A stretch of 64,000 nucleotides of DNA from an uncultured Zetaproteobacteria bacterium. GTDB taxonomy: Bacteria; Pseudomonadota; Zetaproteobacteria; Mariprofundales; Mariprofundaceae. The stretch covers positions 1,544 through 65,543 of the forward strand of contig CAZLJF010000002.1 of the NCBI GenBank assembly GCA_964559845.1, written 5' to 3'. Below, one piece after another: positions 10,073 through 19,989 of this stretch. The first letter of the stretch is position 1. Every line of letters begins with the position of its first letter. Made by a program: the position numbers and the translations under genes. The notes below the pieces were generated by a model, which was not told where the DNA came from, ran no database searches, and was given only the letters and a program-made list of their open reading frames with translations.

Positions 10073-12690
10073 GCGTGCCCTTTCAGAAGCCCTGAAACAG
10101 ATGCCAGTGCTTCTTTCAACTTCGTAGGCTCTGTGCCACCGGCCATGGCCATATCAGCCTTACCACCACCTTTACCGCCACAAATGGAGGCAGTTTCGCG
10201 CACGATGTTACCGGCATGGTATTTTTCGGTTAAATCTTTGGTCACACCTGCAACCAATTGCACTTTCTCGCCTTTGACTTGACCAAAGACAATTACACCC
10301 GATTTAAGCTTGGATTTGGCTTTATCCATAAAGTCACGCATATCGGCGACATCTTTGACTTCGGCAGTGAGCAGTTTGATGCCATTTACATCCTGGGCTG
10401 TGCCAATCAGTTCATCCAACATGCCCGTTGCGGCCTTGGCTTTGAGCGATTGTAACTCTTTTTCAGCCTCTTTGAGTTTAGATTGTAAGGAAGTGACTGT
10501 ATCCACCACTTCACCCGGGCGCACTTTCATTGCGCCTGCCACAGCATTTAACATGTTCGCATCATCTACAAAGCTCTGGTATGCCGCTTTGCCCGTTAAT
10601 GCTTCAATGCGACGAACCCCTGCAGCAATACCCGCTTCGGAAACGATACGGAACAGACCAATATCACCTGTGCGGCTTACGTGTGTGCCACCACACAGCT
10701 CGGTAGAGAAGCCGGCCGAGACCACACGCACTTCGTCGCCATACTTCTCGCCAAACAGCGCCATCGCACCGGAGGCAATCGCCTCGTCCTGTGTCATCAG
10801 CCTGGTTTCAACAGCATCATTGGCCCGGATGGCCGCATTTACCTTCGCCTCAATCTCCGCCTTCTCTTCCGCGCTCACCGGCTGGTGATGGGAGAAATCA
10901 AAACGCAGACGTTCCGGCGTCACCAGAGAACCTGCCTGCTTCACATGATCACCCAGCACATCACGCAGCACAGCATGCATCAGATGGGTGGCGGTATGGT
11001 TGCAACGGATTGCATCACGGCGAGGCCCTTCCACTTCAAAGTAGGCCGTGGCACCACTGGTCACAGAGCCTCTTCTAACCTTGCCGACATGAACAAAGAG
11101 ATCAGAGAGCAGCTTTTTGGTATCGGTAACTGTGAAAACCGCACCTTCAACTGTAATACTGCCGGTATCGCCCACCTGACCACCGGACTCGCCATAAAAC
11201 GGCGTCTGGTTGGCAAGCAGCCATCCCTCTTCGCCCTCGCACAGGGTTTCAACAGCTTTATCGCCCTGAATCAGGCCGGTAATCACACCTTCCGCAGAAA
11301 GTGTGGAGTAACCGAGAAACTCGGTCGGGCCATGTTTTTCACGCAGTTCATACAGCGCTTTCGGAATAGCAGACTCACCGCTTCCGCCCCATGCGGCACG
11401 CGCACGCTGACGCTGCTCCTCCATACAGGTTTCGAAGCCTTCCATATCCAGCCCGACATTGCGGTTTCTTAAGATATCCGCCGTCAGGTCGGTCGGGAAC
11501 CCGTAAGTATCATAGAGCGTAAAGAGGGTTTTACCTGGAATCGTACCGCCAGCGCCTGCCTCATCGACAGCCTGCTCCACCAGTTTCAAACCTTTGTCCA
11601 GTGTCTTGATAAAACGCTCTTCCTCGATACGGATCACCTGCTCAATGTTGGATTGAGCTTCAGCAAGCTCGACGAAGTGTCCACCCATCTCGCGTACCAG
11701 TGCATCCACCAGTTTATAGATAAATGCCTCGGTCATGCCCAGCAAACGGCCATGACGGCAGGCACGGCGCAGAATACGGCGCAGCACAAAGCCGCGCCCC
11801 TCATTGGACGGCAATACGCCATCGGCCATCAGGAAAGAGACCGAACGCAGATGATCGGCCAGTACACGCAGGGATACATCCTGCTCACTGTTTTCGCCGA
11901 ACTTCACGCCGGTAACATCACAGGCGGCGGCGATCAGGTTTTTAAAGAGATCGGTGCTGTAGTTGTCATGCGTGCCCTGCATGACGGCCGCCATACGCTC
12001 CAGCCCCATGCCGGTATCAACAGATGGCTTCGGCAGCGGATTCAGCACTCCCTCTTCATCGCGGTCATACTGCATGAAGACCAGGTTCCAGATCTCGACA
12101 AAGCGATCTCCATCCTCTTCCGGTGTACCCGGAGGACCGCCCGGAATATCTTCACCATGATCAAAAAAGATTTCAGAGCAGGGGCCGCAGGGGCCGGTAT
12201 CACCCATCGACCAGAAATTGTCCTTTGCTCCGATGCGTGCAATGCGATCGATTGAAACACCAATATCCTTCGCCCAGACATCATAGGCCTCATCATCCTC
12301 TTCAAAAACAGTGACAAACAGGCGCGCTGGATCAAGCTTCATCTCAACCGTCAGAAACTCCCATGCATAGGCAATCGCCTCTCTCTTGAAATAGTCGCCA
12401 AAGGAGAAGTTGCCCAACATCTCAAAGAAGGTGTGATGACGGGCTGTATGGCCGACATTCTCCAGATCGTTGTGCTTGCCACCGGCACGAACGCACTTCT
12501 GACTGCTTGCGGCTGTGACATAGGGGCGGGTCTCATTGCCGAGAAAGAGGTGCTTGAACTGCACCATGCCGGCATTGGTGAACATCAGGGTTGGGTCGCC
12601 ATGCGGCACCAGCGAACTTGAGGCAACCACCTCATGCCCTTTGCCTGCAAAGTAATCGAGAAACTTTTTACGAATCTCAGATGTTTTCAT
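10069..12690 (-). CDS. alaS: Alanine--tRNA ligase
   Basis: MKTSEIRKKFLDYFAGKGHEVVASSSLVP... is the canonical AlaRS N-terminus. The HxxxH/CxxxH editing-domain motifs (HTATHLMH) are present. Start set at ATG 12690. Confidence 0.95.
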   Translation of the reverse strand: MKTSEIRKKFLDYFAGKGHEVVASSSLVPHGDPTLMFTNAGMVQFKHLFLGNETRPYVTAASSQKCVRAGGKHNDLENVGHTARHHTFFEMLGNFSFGDYFKREAIAYAWEFLTVEMKLDPARLFVTVFEEDDEAYDVWAKDIGVSIDRIARIGAKDNFWSMGDTGPCGPCSEIFFDHGEDIPGGPPGTPEEDGDRFVEIWNLVFMQYDRDEEGVLNPLPKPSVDTGMGLERMAAVMQGTHDNYSTDLFKNLIAAACDVTGVKFGENSEQDVSLRVLADHLRSVSFLMADGVLPSNEGRGFVLRRILRRACRHGRLLGMTEAFIYKLVDALVREMGGHFVELAEAQSNIEQVIRIEEERFIKTLDKGLKLVEQAVDEAGAGGTIPGKTLFTLYDTYGFPTDLTADILRNRNVGLDMEGFETCMEEQRQRARAAWGGSGESAIPKALYELREKHGPTEFLGYSTLSAEGVITGLIQGDKAVETLCEGEEGWLLANQTPFYGESGGQVGDTGSITVEGAVFTVTDTKKLLSDLFVHVGKVRRGSVTSGATAYFEVEGPRRDAIRCNHTATHLMHAVLRDVLGDHVKQAGSLVTPERLRFDFSHHQPVSAEEKAEIEAKVNAAIRANDAVETRLMTQDEAIASGAMALFGEKYGDEVRVVSAGFSTELCGGTHVSRTGDIGLFRIVSEAGIAAGVRRIEALTGKAAYQSFVDDANMLNAVAGAMKVRPGEVVDTVTSLQSKLKEAEKELQSLKAKAATGMLDELIGTAQDVNGIKLLTAEVKDVADMRDFMDKAKSKLKSGVIVFGQVKGEKVQLVAGVTKDLTEKYHAGNIVRETASICGGKGGGKADMAMAGGTEPTKLKEALASVSGLLKGHA

Positions 12691-12832
12691 TATCAAACCC
12701 CAATCAACACTCCGTATTCGCACACATGGAGGTGCGCGCAAATCATGGGCTGATCTTCAGGCCATGATTTGTGAGGAAAGTAAAAATGACACTTTTCGCT
12801 TTCCGTTCAAGTAAAAAGGCAGGATGCTCTTT

Positions 12833-13291
12833 TTATATATCTTCGTTTAACACCTGCAGAATCGTAGCAGCATCGTAACCCTTGTTCCGCAAAAAACGGG
12901 CATGACGCTGCCACACCCGTTCATCATTTCGTCGCAATCGCTGCGGATCACGACTATGCAACAGTTCTCTGCAGGCCTGCAGGGCATCAAACGAAGCCTC
13001 TGCATCATCAACAGCTGCCTGCAAAGCCTGCTCATCCACCCCCTTCTGCCGCGCCCTGGCGGCAGCCATCCAGAGCGCCTCACCTTTTTGCATCCTGAAA
13101 CGCAAAAATGCCTCGGCATAACGGGAATCGCTGAGATAACCGTAACCCTTCAGTTCCTCGACGGCAGCATCGATGGCAATCTCATCAAAACCGCGGACCT
13201 CCAGCTTCTGCCTGATATCCGCTTCACAATGTTCACGCCGGGTCAGCATACGCAGCGCTGCCGAATAGGCAGCCTTCACGTCAGGATTCAC
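12833..13291 (-). CDS. recX: Recombination regulator RecX
   Basis: 152-aa helical-repeat protein immediately downstream of recA, with RecX-like repeats. Confidence 0.85.
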   Translation of the reverse strand: MNPDVKAAYSAALRMLTRREHCEADIRQKLEVRGFDEIAIDAAVEELKGYGYLSDSRYAEAFLRFRMQKGEALWMAAARARQKGVDEQALQAAVDDAEASFDALQACRELLHSRDPQRLRRNDERVWQRHARFLRNKGYDAATILQVLNEDI

Positions 13292-13326
13292 AACCCCGCA
13301 CCCTTCAACGAATGATCCTGAGCGCT

Positions 13327-14334
13327 TTACTCAGCGACGGCTTCCTTGTCACCAATACCCAGTTCAGCACGTACCTTGGCCTCGATATCGGCCCGCATAT
13401 CCGGATTCTCTTTCAGGAACATGATCGCATTATCACGCCCCTGCCCGATACGCTCGGTGCCAACGGCATACCATGCGCCGCTCTTCTTCACATAGCCAAA
13501 ATTTACACCCATATCGAGCACTTCGCCGACACGGGAGACGCCCTCACCGTACATAATGGAGAAGTTCGCCAGCTTGAACGGCGGCGCCATCTTGTTCTTC
13601 ACGATCTTCACCTTGGTCTCGTTACCAAGAATCTCGTCACCCTTCTTGATCGCGCCGGTACGGCGAATATCAAGACGGACCGAGGCGTAGAATTTAAGCG
13701 CGTTACCACCGGTTGTGGTTTCGGGATTGCCGAACATAACGCCGATCTTCATGCGAATCTGGTTGATGAAGATGACCATCGTCTTGGAACGGGAAATAGA
13801 GGAGGTCAGTTTGCGCAGTGCCTGACTCATCAGGCGTGCCTGCAGCCCCATATGCGAATCTCCCATATCGCCTTCAAGCTCCGCCCGTGGCGTCAGGGCA
13901 GCTACCGAGTCCACCACAATAATATCCAGCGCCCCGGAACGGGTCAGCATATCGACCACCTCCAGTGCCTGTTCGCCTGAATCCGGTTGCGACACCAGCA
14001 GGTCATCAACATTCACGCCCAGCTTTTTGGCATAGGCCGGGTCCAGCGCGTGTTCGGCGTCAACAAAGGCTGCCGTACCTCCCGCTTTTTGCGCCTCGGC
14101 CACTGCATGCAGTGCCAGCGTGGTTTTGCCAGAGGATTCCGGGCCGTAGATCTCAATCACACGGCCGCGTGGATAACCACCGATTCCAAGCGCCGCATCC
14201 AGCGCCAGCGAACCGGATGAGATAACATCCACATCCACCTTGGCCTGCTCGCCCATCCTCATGATTGTGCCCTTGCCGAACTGTCGTTCGATCTGACTTA
14301 GTGCGGTATCCAGTGCTTTTGCTTTATCGGACAT
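13327..14334 (-). CDS. recA: Recombinase RecA
   Basis: [23 protein letters not shown], Walker [10 protein letters not shown] and overall RecA sequence. Confidence 0.98.
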   Translation of the reverse strand: MSDKAKALDTALSQIERQFGKGTIMRMGEQAKVDVDVISSGSLALDAALGIGGYPRGRVIEIYGPESSGKTTLALHAVAEAQKAGGTAAFVDAEHALDPAYAKKLGVNVDDLLVSQPDSGEQALEVVDMLTRSGALDIIVVDSVAALTPRAELEGDMGDSHMGLQARLMSQALRKLTSSISRSKTMVIFINQIRMKIGVMFGNPETTTGGNALKFYASVRLDIRRTGAIKKGDEILGNETKVKIVKNKMAPPFKLANFSIMYGEGVSRVGEVLDMGVNFGYVKKSGAWYAVGTERIGQGRDNAIMFLKENPDMRADIEAKVRAELGIGDKEAVAE

Positions 14335-14361
14335 CTCTTATCCTCTCAATTCACTCAAGTG

Positions 14362-14934
14362 TCACCCCAGCCCGAAAACTTCCAGCTTACGGTATCTTGC
14401 ACCGTCCGGGTGCAGTGTTGACTGGTAAAGTCCAAGACTCTCGGCCACCCACTGCAACTCGGGAAAAGGCGTCATTCCCGCAAGCATCTCAGCATCAATG
14501 GGTGCCGGAAACTCATTGGCTCTGGCCAGAGTGATATGCCCCTTAAACGGAGTCTCCCTGGCTGAACGCTTGCGAACGGTAGCACGACCAGCCCGCCTGC
14601 AACAACGGGCCATTTCTTTCAATGCTCCGGAACCATCAGGATCATCAACGCCGGCCCAGAGAACACGTGGCCGCATGAACCTCGGAAATGCGCCAAACTC
14701 TGTTGTTTTAAGCTGAATCGGACGAGCTTCATCAGCACACACCATCAACTCTTCGGCAAGATCATCAGCTTCATCACCCTCAACATCGCCATAAAAAGCG
14801 AGTGTCAGGTGCCAGTTTCTGGTCGGCACATCCCGCCAGTCACCGGGATGGAGATGTGTGGCCGCCTCCTGCCACCAGGCATTCAGCTCCTCTGTAATGG
14901 CATAGGGAGTCTCCAATGCTGCAAAAAGTCGCAT
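14362..14934 (-). CDS. thpR: RNA 2',3'-cyclic phosphodiesterase (2H phosphoesterase, ThpR/LigT)
   Basis: Two HxT/S motifs (HLTLAF and HITLAR) at the expected spacing in a 190-aa protein. Confidence 0.8.
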   Translation of the reverse strand: MRLFAALETPYAITEELNAWWQEAATHLHPGDWRDVPTRNWHLTLAFYGDVEGDEADDLAEELMVCADEARPIQLKTTEFGAFPRFMRPRVLWAGVDDPDGSGALKEMARCCRRAGRATVRKRSARETPFKGHITLARANEFPAPIDAEMLAGMTPFPELQWVAESLGLYQSTLHPDGARYRKLEVFGLG

Positions 14935-15575
14935 CAGTCTTTAAATCCCCTGGCCAGCAGAAAAAACTCGCTGGAGCTCTTGCGGCTGGCTGCCGGCTTG
15001 ATATTTTTCACCCTATTAAAGGCCATCCCAAGCTCACGCCGAAACTGGTCATAGCCCTCACCCATAAATGTTTTCATCAACAGGTCGCCACCTTGGCGCA
15101 AATGCTCTCTGGCAAAATGCAGCGTCATCTCATTCAGAGCGATCATGCGCATCTGATCGATCAACTTGTTGCCGCTCATCTCCGGTGCCATATCGGAAAC
15201 CACCAGATCAATTTTACGGCCAGCGAGTGCCTCATGCAGCGCCTGCTGTCCTTCCGGTGAATCAAAATCAGCCCGGATCAGTCTCACCCCCTCAATCGGG
15301 TTAAGCGGCAGCAGATCAATGCCGATTACCAAACCACCCGGACCAAGCCGACTGGCAATCTCCTCGCTCCATGAGCCGGGAGCGCAGCCCAGATCAACCA
15401 CCACGCTGTTTTTGCGGATTTCCAGAGCATGCTCCTCAAGAATTTCGATCAGCTTGAACACCGCACGGGAGCGCTTGCCCTCGCGCTGCGCCCGTTTCAC
15501 ATGCGCATCACCCACGTGGCGCTGAAACCATGCTGATGTCTTGCGATCTTTTTTGCTCTTGGACTGTTTTGCCAT
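14934..15575 (-). CDS. rlmE: 23S rRNA 2'-O-ribose U2552 methyltransferase RlmE (FtsJ)
   Basis: AWFQRHVGDAHVKRAQREGKRSRAVFKL and the SAM motif VVDLGCAPGSW. Start set at ATG 15575, which removes the overlap with the upstream permease. Confidence 0.85.
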   Translation of the reverse strand: MAKQSKSKKDRKTSAWFQRHVGDAHVKRAQREGKRSRAVFKLIEILEEHALEIRKNSVVVDLGCAPGSWSEEIASRLGPGGLVIGIDLLPLNPIEGVRLIRADFDSPEGQQALHEALAGRKIDLVVSDMAPEMSGNKLIDQMRMIALNEMTLHFAREHLRQGGDLLMKTFMGEGYDQFRRELGMAFNRVKNIKPAASRKSSSEFFLLARGFKD

Positions 15576-15577
15576 AT

Positions 15578-16339
15578 CTATTCCTTCAGCTTCCAGCCGA
15601 TATACCACAACCGCCAACATAACAGGACAACCATCAGTGCAAAGCCTGCTACAACACCGATGGAGAGAAACGGATCACTGTCTCCGACTCCCAGAAAGCC
15701 ATAGCGAAAACCGTCAATCAGATAAAAAAATGGGTTGAACCGGCTCACCTGCTGCCAGAACGGCGGCAGTTGCCCAATAGAGTAGAATACACCGGAGAGA
15801 AAGGTGAGCGGCATAATAATAAAATTTGTCACCATCGACATATGATCGAAATTATCCGACCACATGCCGCCGATCAGGCCAAGGCCGCCCATAATCACAC
15901 TGCCGCAGATGCCGTAGATAAAAAGCAGCCCCGGATGGTGCAGTGTGAGATCGACAAATGGCAGGAGTACAAGCAGGAACACCGTTGCCACCACCGCAGC
16001 ACGCAATACTGCTGCAGTCAAGAAGGCAATCACCATCTCAATGGCCGACAGCGGCGCCATCAGCAGGTAAACATGCACATTCATCACCTTACCGATAATG
16101 ATAGAGCTGGAGGTGTTGGCAAACGCATTCTGCAGCATGCTCATCATCGCCAGGCCCGGAATCAGAAAGGTGAAATAGTCGATCTCCAGCCCCGGCACCT
16201 GCCGCTCTCCCATCGCATAGCGGAATACAATCAGGTAGAGAACTGCCGTCAGTGCAGGGGCGGCAATGGTCTGCATATTCACCTTCAGGAAACGGTGAGT
16301 CTCCCGCTTGAAGAGTGTCCAACTGCCTCTTGCGTTCAT
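15578..16339 (-). CDS. ABC-2 type transporter permease
   Basis: 253-aa protein with 6 TM segments, translationally coupled (4-nt overlap) to the upstream ABC ATPase. Confidence 0.8.
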   Translation of the reverse strand: MNARGSWTLFKRETHRFLKVNMQTIAAPALTAVLYLIVFRYAMGERQVPGLEIDYFTFLIPGLAMMSMLQNAFANTSSSIIIGKVMNVHVYLLMAPLSAIEMVIAFLTAAVLRAAVVATVFLLVLLPFVDLTLHHPGLLFIYGICGSVIMGGLGLIGGMWSDNFDHMSMVTNFIIMPLTFLSGVFYSIGQLPPFWQQVSRFNPFFYLIDGFRYGFLGVGDSDPFLSIGVVAGFALMVVLLCWRLWYIGWKLKE

Positions 16340-17277
16340 GATAACACCTCTTTCCGGGTCAAACGGAGAAACACATCTTCAAGATCCTCCTGACATACGC
16401 CGGCATCCTGAGGCGCACCAAAGCGTTGCAATGCTGCTTCGTAAGCCTCATGGAATGAGGAACTGTCGTGATCTGTCCGCTTCAGAGTCAAACAGAGCCG
16501 GCCCTCCTGCACCCGCGGCAAGAAGGCTGCCAATGCCTCCTCATCTTCCCCTGAAAGCCTCCAGTCGCCAGTATAACGAAGCCAGAGACAGGAGCTTGCC
16601 ACACTGTGAAGCAGTTCATCCATTTTACTTGATGCAATCACCTTGCCCTGATTAATGATCGCTACGTGGTCACAAAGCTCTTCAGCCTCTTCCAGGTAGT
16701 GGGTCGTCAGAAGAATGGTGGTGCCATTTTGATTCAGTTCGCGCATGTAATCCCACAACCGCTTACGTAGTTCAACGTCCACGCCCGCGGTCGGTTCATC
16801 AAGGATAACCAGTCGCGGCCTGTGCACCAGCGCCTGCGCCACCAGCAGACGCCTGCGCATACCTCCGGAGAGCTGGCGCGTGTTCTTGTCGGCATGCTGT
16901 GCCAGTTCCAGGCGCTCCAGCAGCTCATTGATCCACTTCATGTCCGGTTTCTGGCCATAAAGGCCGCAAACCATGCGCAGCACCTCTCGTGGCGTAAAAA
17001 ACGGATCGAAGGCCACCTCCTGCGGCACCACGCCCATATTGCGTTTACACCAGAGGCGCTCACTGAACATATCATGGCCAAACAGATCAATGGAACCGGA
17101 TGTGGGAATCACGGTATCGGCCATGATATTGATCATCGTACTCTTGCCCGCCCCGTTCGGTCCGAGCAGTGCAAAGAAACTGCCTTCGGGAATGGACAGG
17201 CTTACACCATCCAGCGCCAGCTTGTTGTTGCTGTAGCACTTGCTGAGTTCGTGAATATGAAGAGCTTGAGCCGTCAT
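16336..17277 (-). CDS. ABC transporter ATP-binding protein (ABC-2 exporter type)
   Basis: Walker A GPNGAGKST, signature LSGGMRRRL and Walker B LVILDEPT. Start set at ATG 17277, because the longer ORF (to 17337) would contain the erpA terminator hairpin. Confidence 0.85.
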   Translation of the reverse strand: MTAQALHIHELSKCYSNNKLALDGVSLSIPEGSFFALLGPNGAGKSTMINIMADTVIPTSGSIDLFGHDMFSERLWCKRNMGVVPQEVAFDPFFTPREVLRMVCGLYGQKPDMKWINELLERLELAQHADKNTRQLSGGMRRRLLVAQALVHRPRLVILDEPTAGVDVELRKRLWDYMRELNQNGTTILLTTHYLEEAEELCDHVAIINQGKVIASSKMDELLHSVASSCLWLRYTGDWRLSGEDEEALAAFLPRVQEGRLCLTLKRTDHDSSSFHEAYEAALQRFGAPQDAGVCQEDLEDVFLRLTRKEVLS

Positions 17278-17302
17278 GCCGCCATTATACAGGAGATCAT
17301 AC

Positions 17303-17330
17303 AAAAACGGAGCCAAAAGGCTCCGTTTTT
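17303..17330 (-). terminator. Rho-independent-type terminator hairpin downstream of erpA
   Basis: Perfect 12-bp stem aaaaacggagcc / ggctccgttttt with loop aaaa. On the minus strand it reads as stem plus T-run, 24 nt after the erpA stop. Confidence 0.7.
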
Positions 17331-17353
17331 GTGACATTCAGTGGAATCAGCCA

Positions 17354-17716
17354 TCAATAGCCGGCGTTGGCGCAGCCATTACCAGTCTCTGAAGGGGTAA
17401 AGGATTTACCACAACCGCAGGTGGAACCGGCATTGGGATTGCGAATCACAAACGATTCACCATTGATCGAGGTCTGATAATCCACTTCCGCCCCGTCAAT
17501 CATGTTCAGGCTCATCGGATCCACCAGCAGCTTCACACCGTGGCTCTCAACCACATGGTCACTCTCCTTGATTTCATCATCGAAGGTAAAACCATACTGA
17601 AAACCCGAACAACCACCACCGGAGACAAAAATCCTCAAGTTCATATCTGCATTATCTTCGCTGGCAAGCAGTCCGCTGATTTTCTCTGCCGCAGCTTCAG
17701 TTAGTGTTAGTGACAT
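17354..17716 (-). CDS. erpA: Iron-sulfur cluster insertion protein (ErpA/IscA A-type carrier)
   Basis: MSLTLTEAAAEKISGLL..., GGGCSGFQYGF and the C-terminal CGCGKSF motif. Start at ATG 17716, preceded by GAGGTGG. Confidence 0.85.
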   Translation of the reverse strand: MSLTLTEAAAEKISGLLASEDNADMNLRIFVSGGGCSGFQYGFTFDDEIKESDHVVESHGVKLLVDPMSLNMIDGAEVDYQTSINGESFVIRNPNAGSTCGCGKSFTPSETGNGCANAGY

Positions 17717-17865
17717 ATCCACCTCATAGCCGTTACAATCTTGATGGGGCGCATTTTTACATCCCCCGTATGAAACAATGATTAAATCCCTGCCGGAATA
17801 TCGGCTTTTCGCACCCTGAAGCAAGCAGGACTTGCTTCGTCCACAGCAAAGATGACAATCACCGG

Positions 17866-18888
17866 ATGCGAGTCATCATCTTCACTCTCATCACACTGCT
17901 GTTTATCAGCGCATGCACACCGACACCGGAAACCGTGCATGAAACCCGTTTCATGATGGGAACCCTAGTCGATTTCACCATTTATAGTGACAATAAAGAA
18001 AATGCGTCTATTGCCATCAGGGCAGCTGCAGATGAGATGCAGCGCATTGAGAATCTCTTTACCATCTATGGAGAGGGAGCCAGCGCCGTCAAGACATTCA
18101 ATGCATCGACACCCGGCAGGCCGGTAACATTTCCTGCGGAGGTGCATGCGCTCCTGCTCAAGTCCAGCCAGGTTCAGCATGCAAGCATGGGCGCCTTCAG
18201 CCCCACACTCGGCACCCTCAACAAGCTCTGGGGATTCTCACTCGCCACCCCCCCCTCCTCGCCGCCACAAACAGATAAAATCGACCTGTTGCGCATTCGC
18301 GCCATGAACTGCCTGCAACAGCAGGGAGAAAACAGCTGGAGCCGGAGAAACAGACAGTGTGAACTTGATTTCGGAGCCATCGCCAAGGGTTATGCACTTG
18401 AACAAGGTATGAAGGTATTAAAATCACATGGCATTGAACATGCCATTATTAACGCCGGTGGTGATATCAGGGTGAGTGGTGCACATGGCAAGCGGCCATG
18501 GAGGATCGGCATCCGTCACCCCCGCGACCCGGAAAAAGTGGTAGCAACAATCAGAATCCAGGGTGACACAAGCATCGTCACATCCGGCGATTATGAACGT
18601 TTCTATATCCACCAGGGAAGACGCTATCATCATATCCTGAACCCCGAAACAGGCACGCCGGCCAAAAAAACGCAAAGCGCCACGGTCATTGCTGCCGATG
18701 CAACATCTGCAGATGCATGGAGTACGGCACTGTTTGTCATGGGCGCCGATGGTCTTGAGACCATTGAAAAACTGGGGATGGATGCAATCCTGATCGATGC
18801 AGATGGAAAAGTGCATACAACAAAAAATATCGAATCCCGCTTGCAGCTCTCCTTCACGCCTCCTATGCTCCGTACATCAGCACAATAA
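17866..18888 (+). CDS. apbE: FAD:protein FMN transferase (ApbE), lipoprotein
   Basis: Lipobox LFISAC. ApbE-like motifs (MGTLVDF, AIAKGYA, SGDYERF). Confidence 0.85.
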   Translation: MRVIIFTLITLLFISACTPTPETVHETRFMMGTLVDFTIYSDNKENASIAIRAAADEMQRIENLFTIYGEGASAVKTFNASTPGRPVTFPAEVHALLLKSSQVQHASMGAFSPTLGTLNKLWGFSLATPPSSPPQTDKIDLLRIRAMNCLQQQGENSWSRRNRQCELDFGAIAKGYALEQGMKVLKSHGIEHAIINAGGDIRVSGAHGKRPWRIGIRHPRDPEKVVATIRIQGDTSIVTSGDYERFYIHQGRRYHHILNPETGTPAKKTQSATVIAADATSADAWSTALFVMGADGLETIEKLGMDAILIDADGKVHTTKNIESRLQLSFTPPMLRTSAQ

Positions 18889-18911
18889 ACCAGACCTTAC
18901 CGGGAGGAATC

Positions 18912-19964
18912 ATGGACATTTCCGAGCTACTTGCTTTTACAGTAAAAAATAACGCTTCCGATCTGCACGTCTCATCCGGCGAGCCACCCATGATCCGCAT
19001 CCATGGCGACATGACCCGTATCAAGATGCCCGAACTGGCTGAACGCGATGTACAAAGCATGATCTACGACATCATGAATGATACCCAGCGTAAACTGTTC
19101 GAAGAACATCTGGAACTGGACTTCTCTTTTTCACTCGGCGACATTGCCCGTTTTCGTGTCAACGTGTTCAAGCAAAACCGCGGCATGAGCGCGGCCTTCC
19201 GTGTCATTCCCAGCGAGGTCTTTACGCTGGAACAGCTCAAATGCCCTGACGTTTTTGCGGACATTGCCATGACTCCGCGCGGCATCTGTCTGGTAACGGG
19301 ACCGACCGGCTCGGGTAAATCGACCACGCTTGCCGCTATGGTGGATCACCGCAACCAGAGCGAAAAGGGCCATATCCTTACGATTGAAGATCCGATCGAG
19401 TTCGTTCACCGATCCAAGGCAGCGCTGGTCTCCCAGCGTGAACTCGGGCCGCACACACACTCCTTTGCCAATGCACTGAGAAGCGCACTGCGTGAGGATC
19501 CGGATGTGATTCTGGTGGGCGAGTTGCGGGACCTTGAAACCATCCGCCTTGCCCTGACAGCTGCCGAAACCGGGCACATGGTCTTCGGCACACTGCACAC
19601 CTCATCAGCACCGAAAACAATTGACCGAATTATCGACGTGTTCCCTGCCGCTGAAAAGGATATGGTGCGCGCCATGCTCTCCGAGTCCCTGCGTGCAGTG
19701 ATATCACAAACCCTGATGAAAACGGCAGACGGCAATGGCCGCGTTGCGGCGCATGAAATCATGCTGGGCACACCGGCAATCCGTAACCTGATTCGTGAAA
19801 ACAAGGTGCCGCAAATGGTTTCCGTGATGCAGACATCCGCACGTGAAGGTATGCAGACGCTTGACTCTGATCTGCAAAGACTGGTTAAGTCCAGAAAAAT
19901 CACTCAGCAGACGGCACTTGAAAAGGCCCAGAACAAACAGCTGTTTGGCGGCGGCGCCATTTGA
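18912..19964 (+). CDS. pilT: Type IV pilus retraction ATPase PilT
   Basis: Walker A GPTGSGKST, TIEDPIEF, VGELRDLETI, TGHMVFGTLHT and the PilT-specific AIRNLIRE motif. Confidence 0.9.
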   Translation: MDISELLAFTVKNNASDLHVSSGEPPMIRIHGDMTRIKMPELAERDVQSMIYDIMNDTQRKLFEEHLELDFSFSLGDIARFRVNVFKQNRGMSAAFRVIPSEVFTLEQLKCPDVFADIAMTPRGICLVTGPTGSGKSTTLAAMVDHRNQSEKGHILTIEDPIEFVHRSKAALVSQRELGPHTHSFANALRSALREDPDVILVGELRDLETIRLALTAAETGHMVFGTLHTSSAPKTIDRIIDVFPAAEKDMVRAMLSESLRAVISQTLMKTADGNGRVAAHEIMLGTPAIRNLIRENKVPQMVSVMQTSAREGMQTLDSDLQRLVKSRKITQQTALEKAQNKQLFGGGAI

Positions 19965-19989
19965 CAGCCGGCAATAACAGGAGCGACAT

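Noticed and set aside
17278-17337. Extended N-terminus of the ABC ATPase ORF.
   Set aside because: The extension contains the perfect 12-bp erpA terminator hairpin (17303-17330). Homology to ABC ATPases starts at MTAQALHIHEL.
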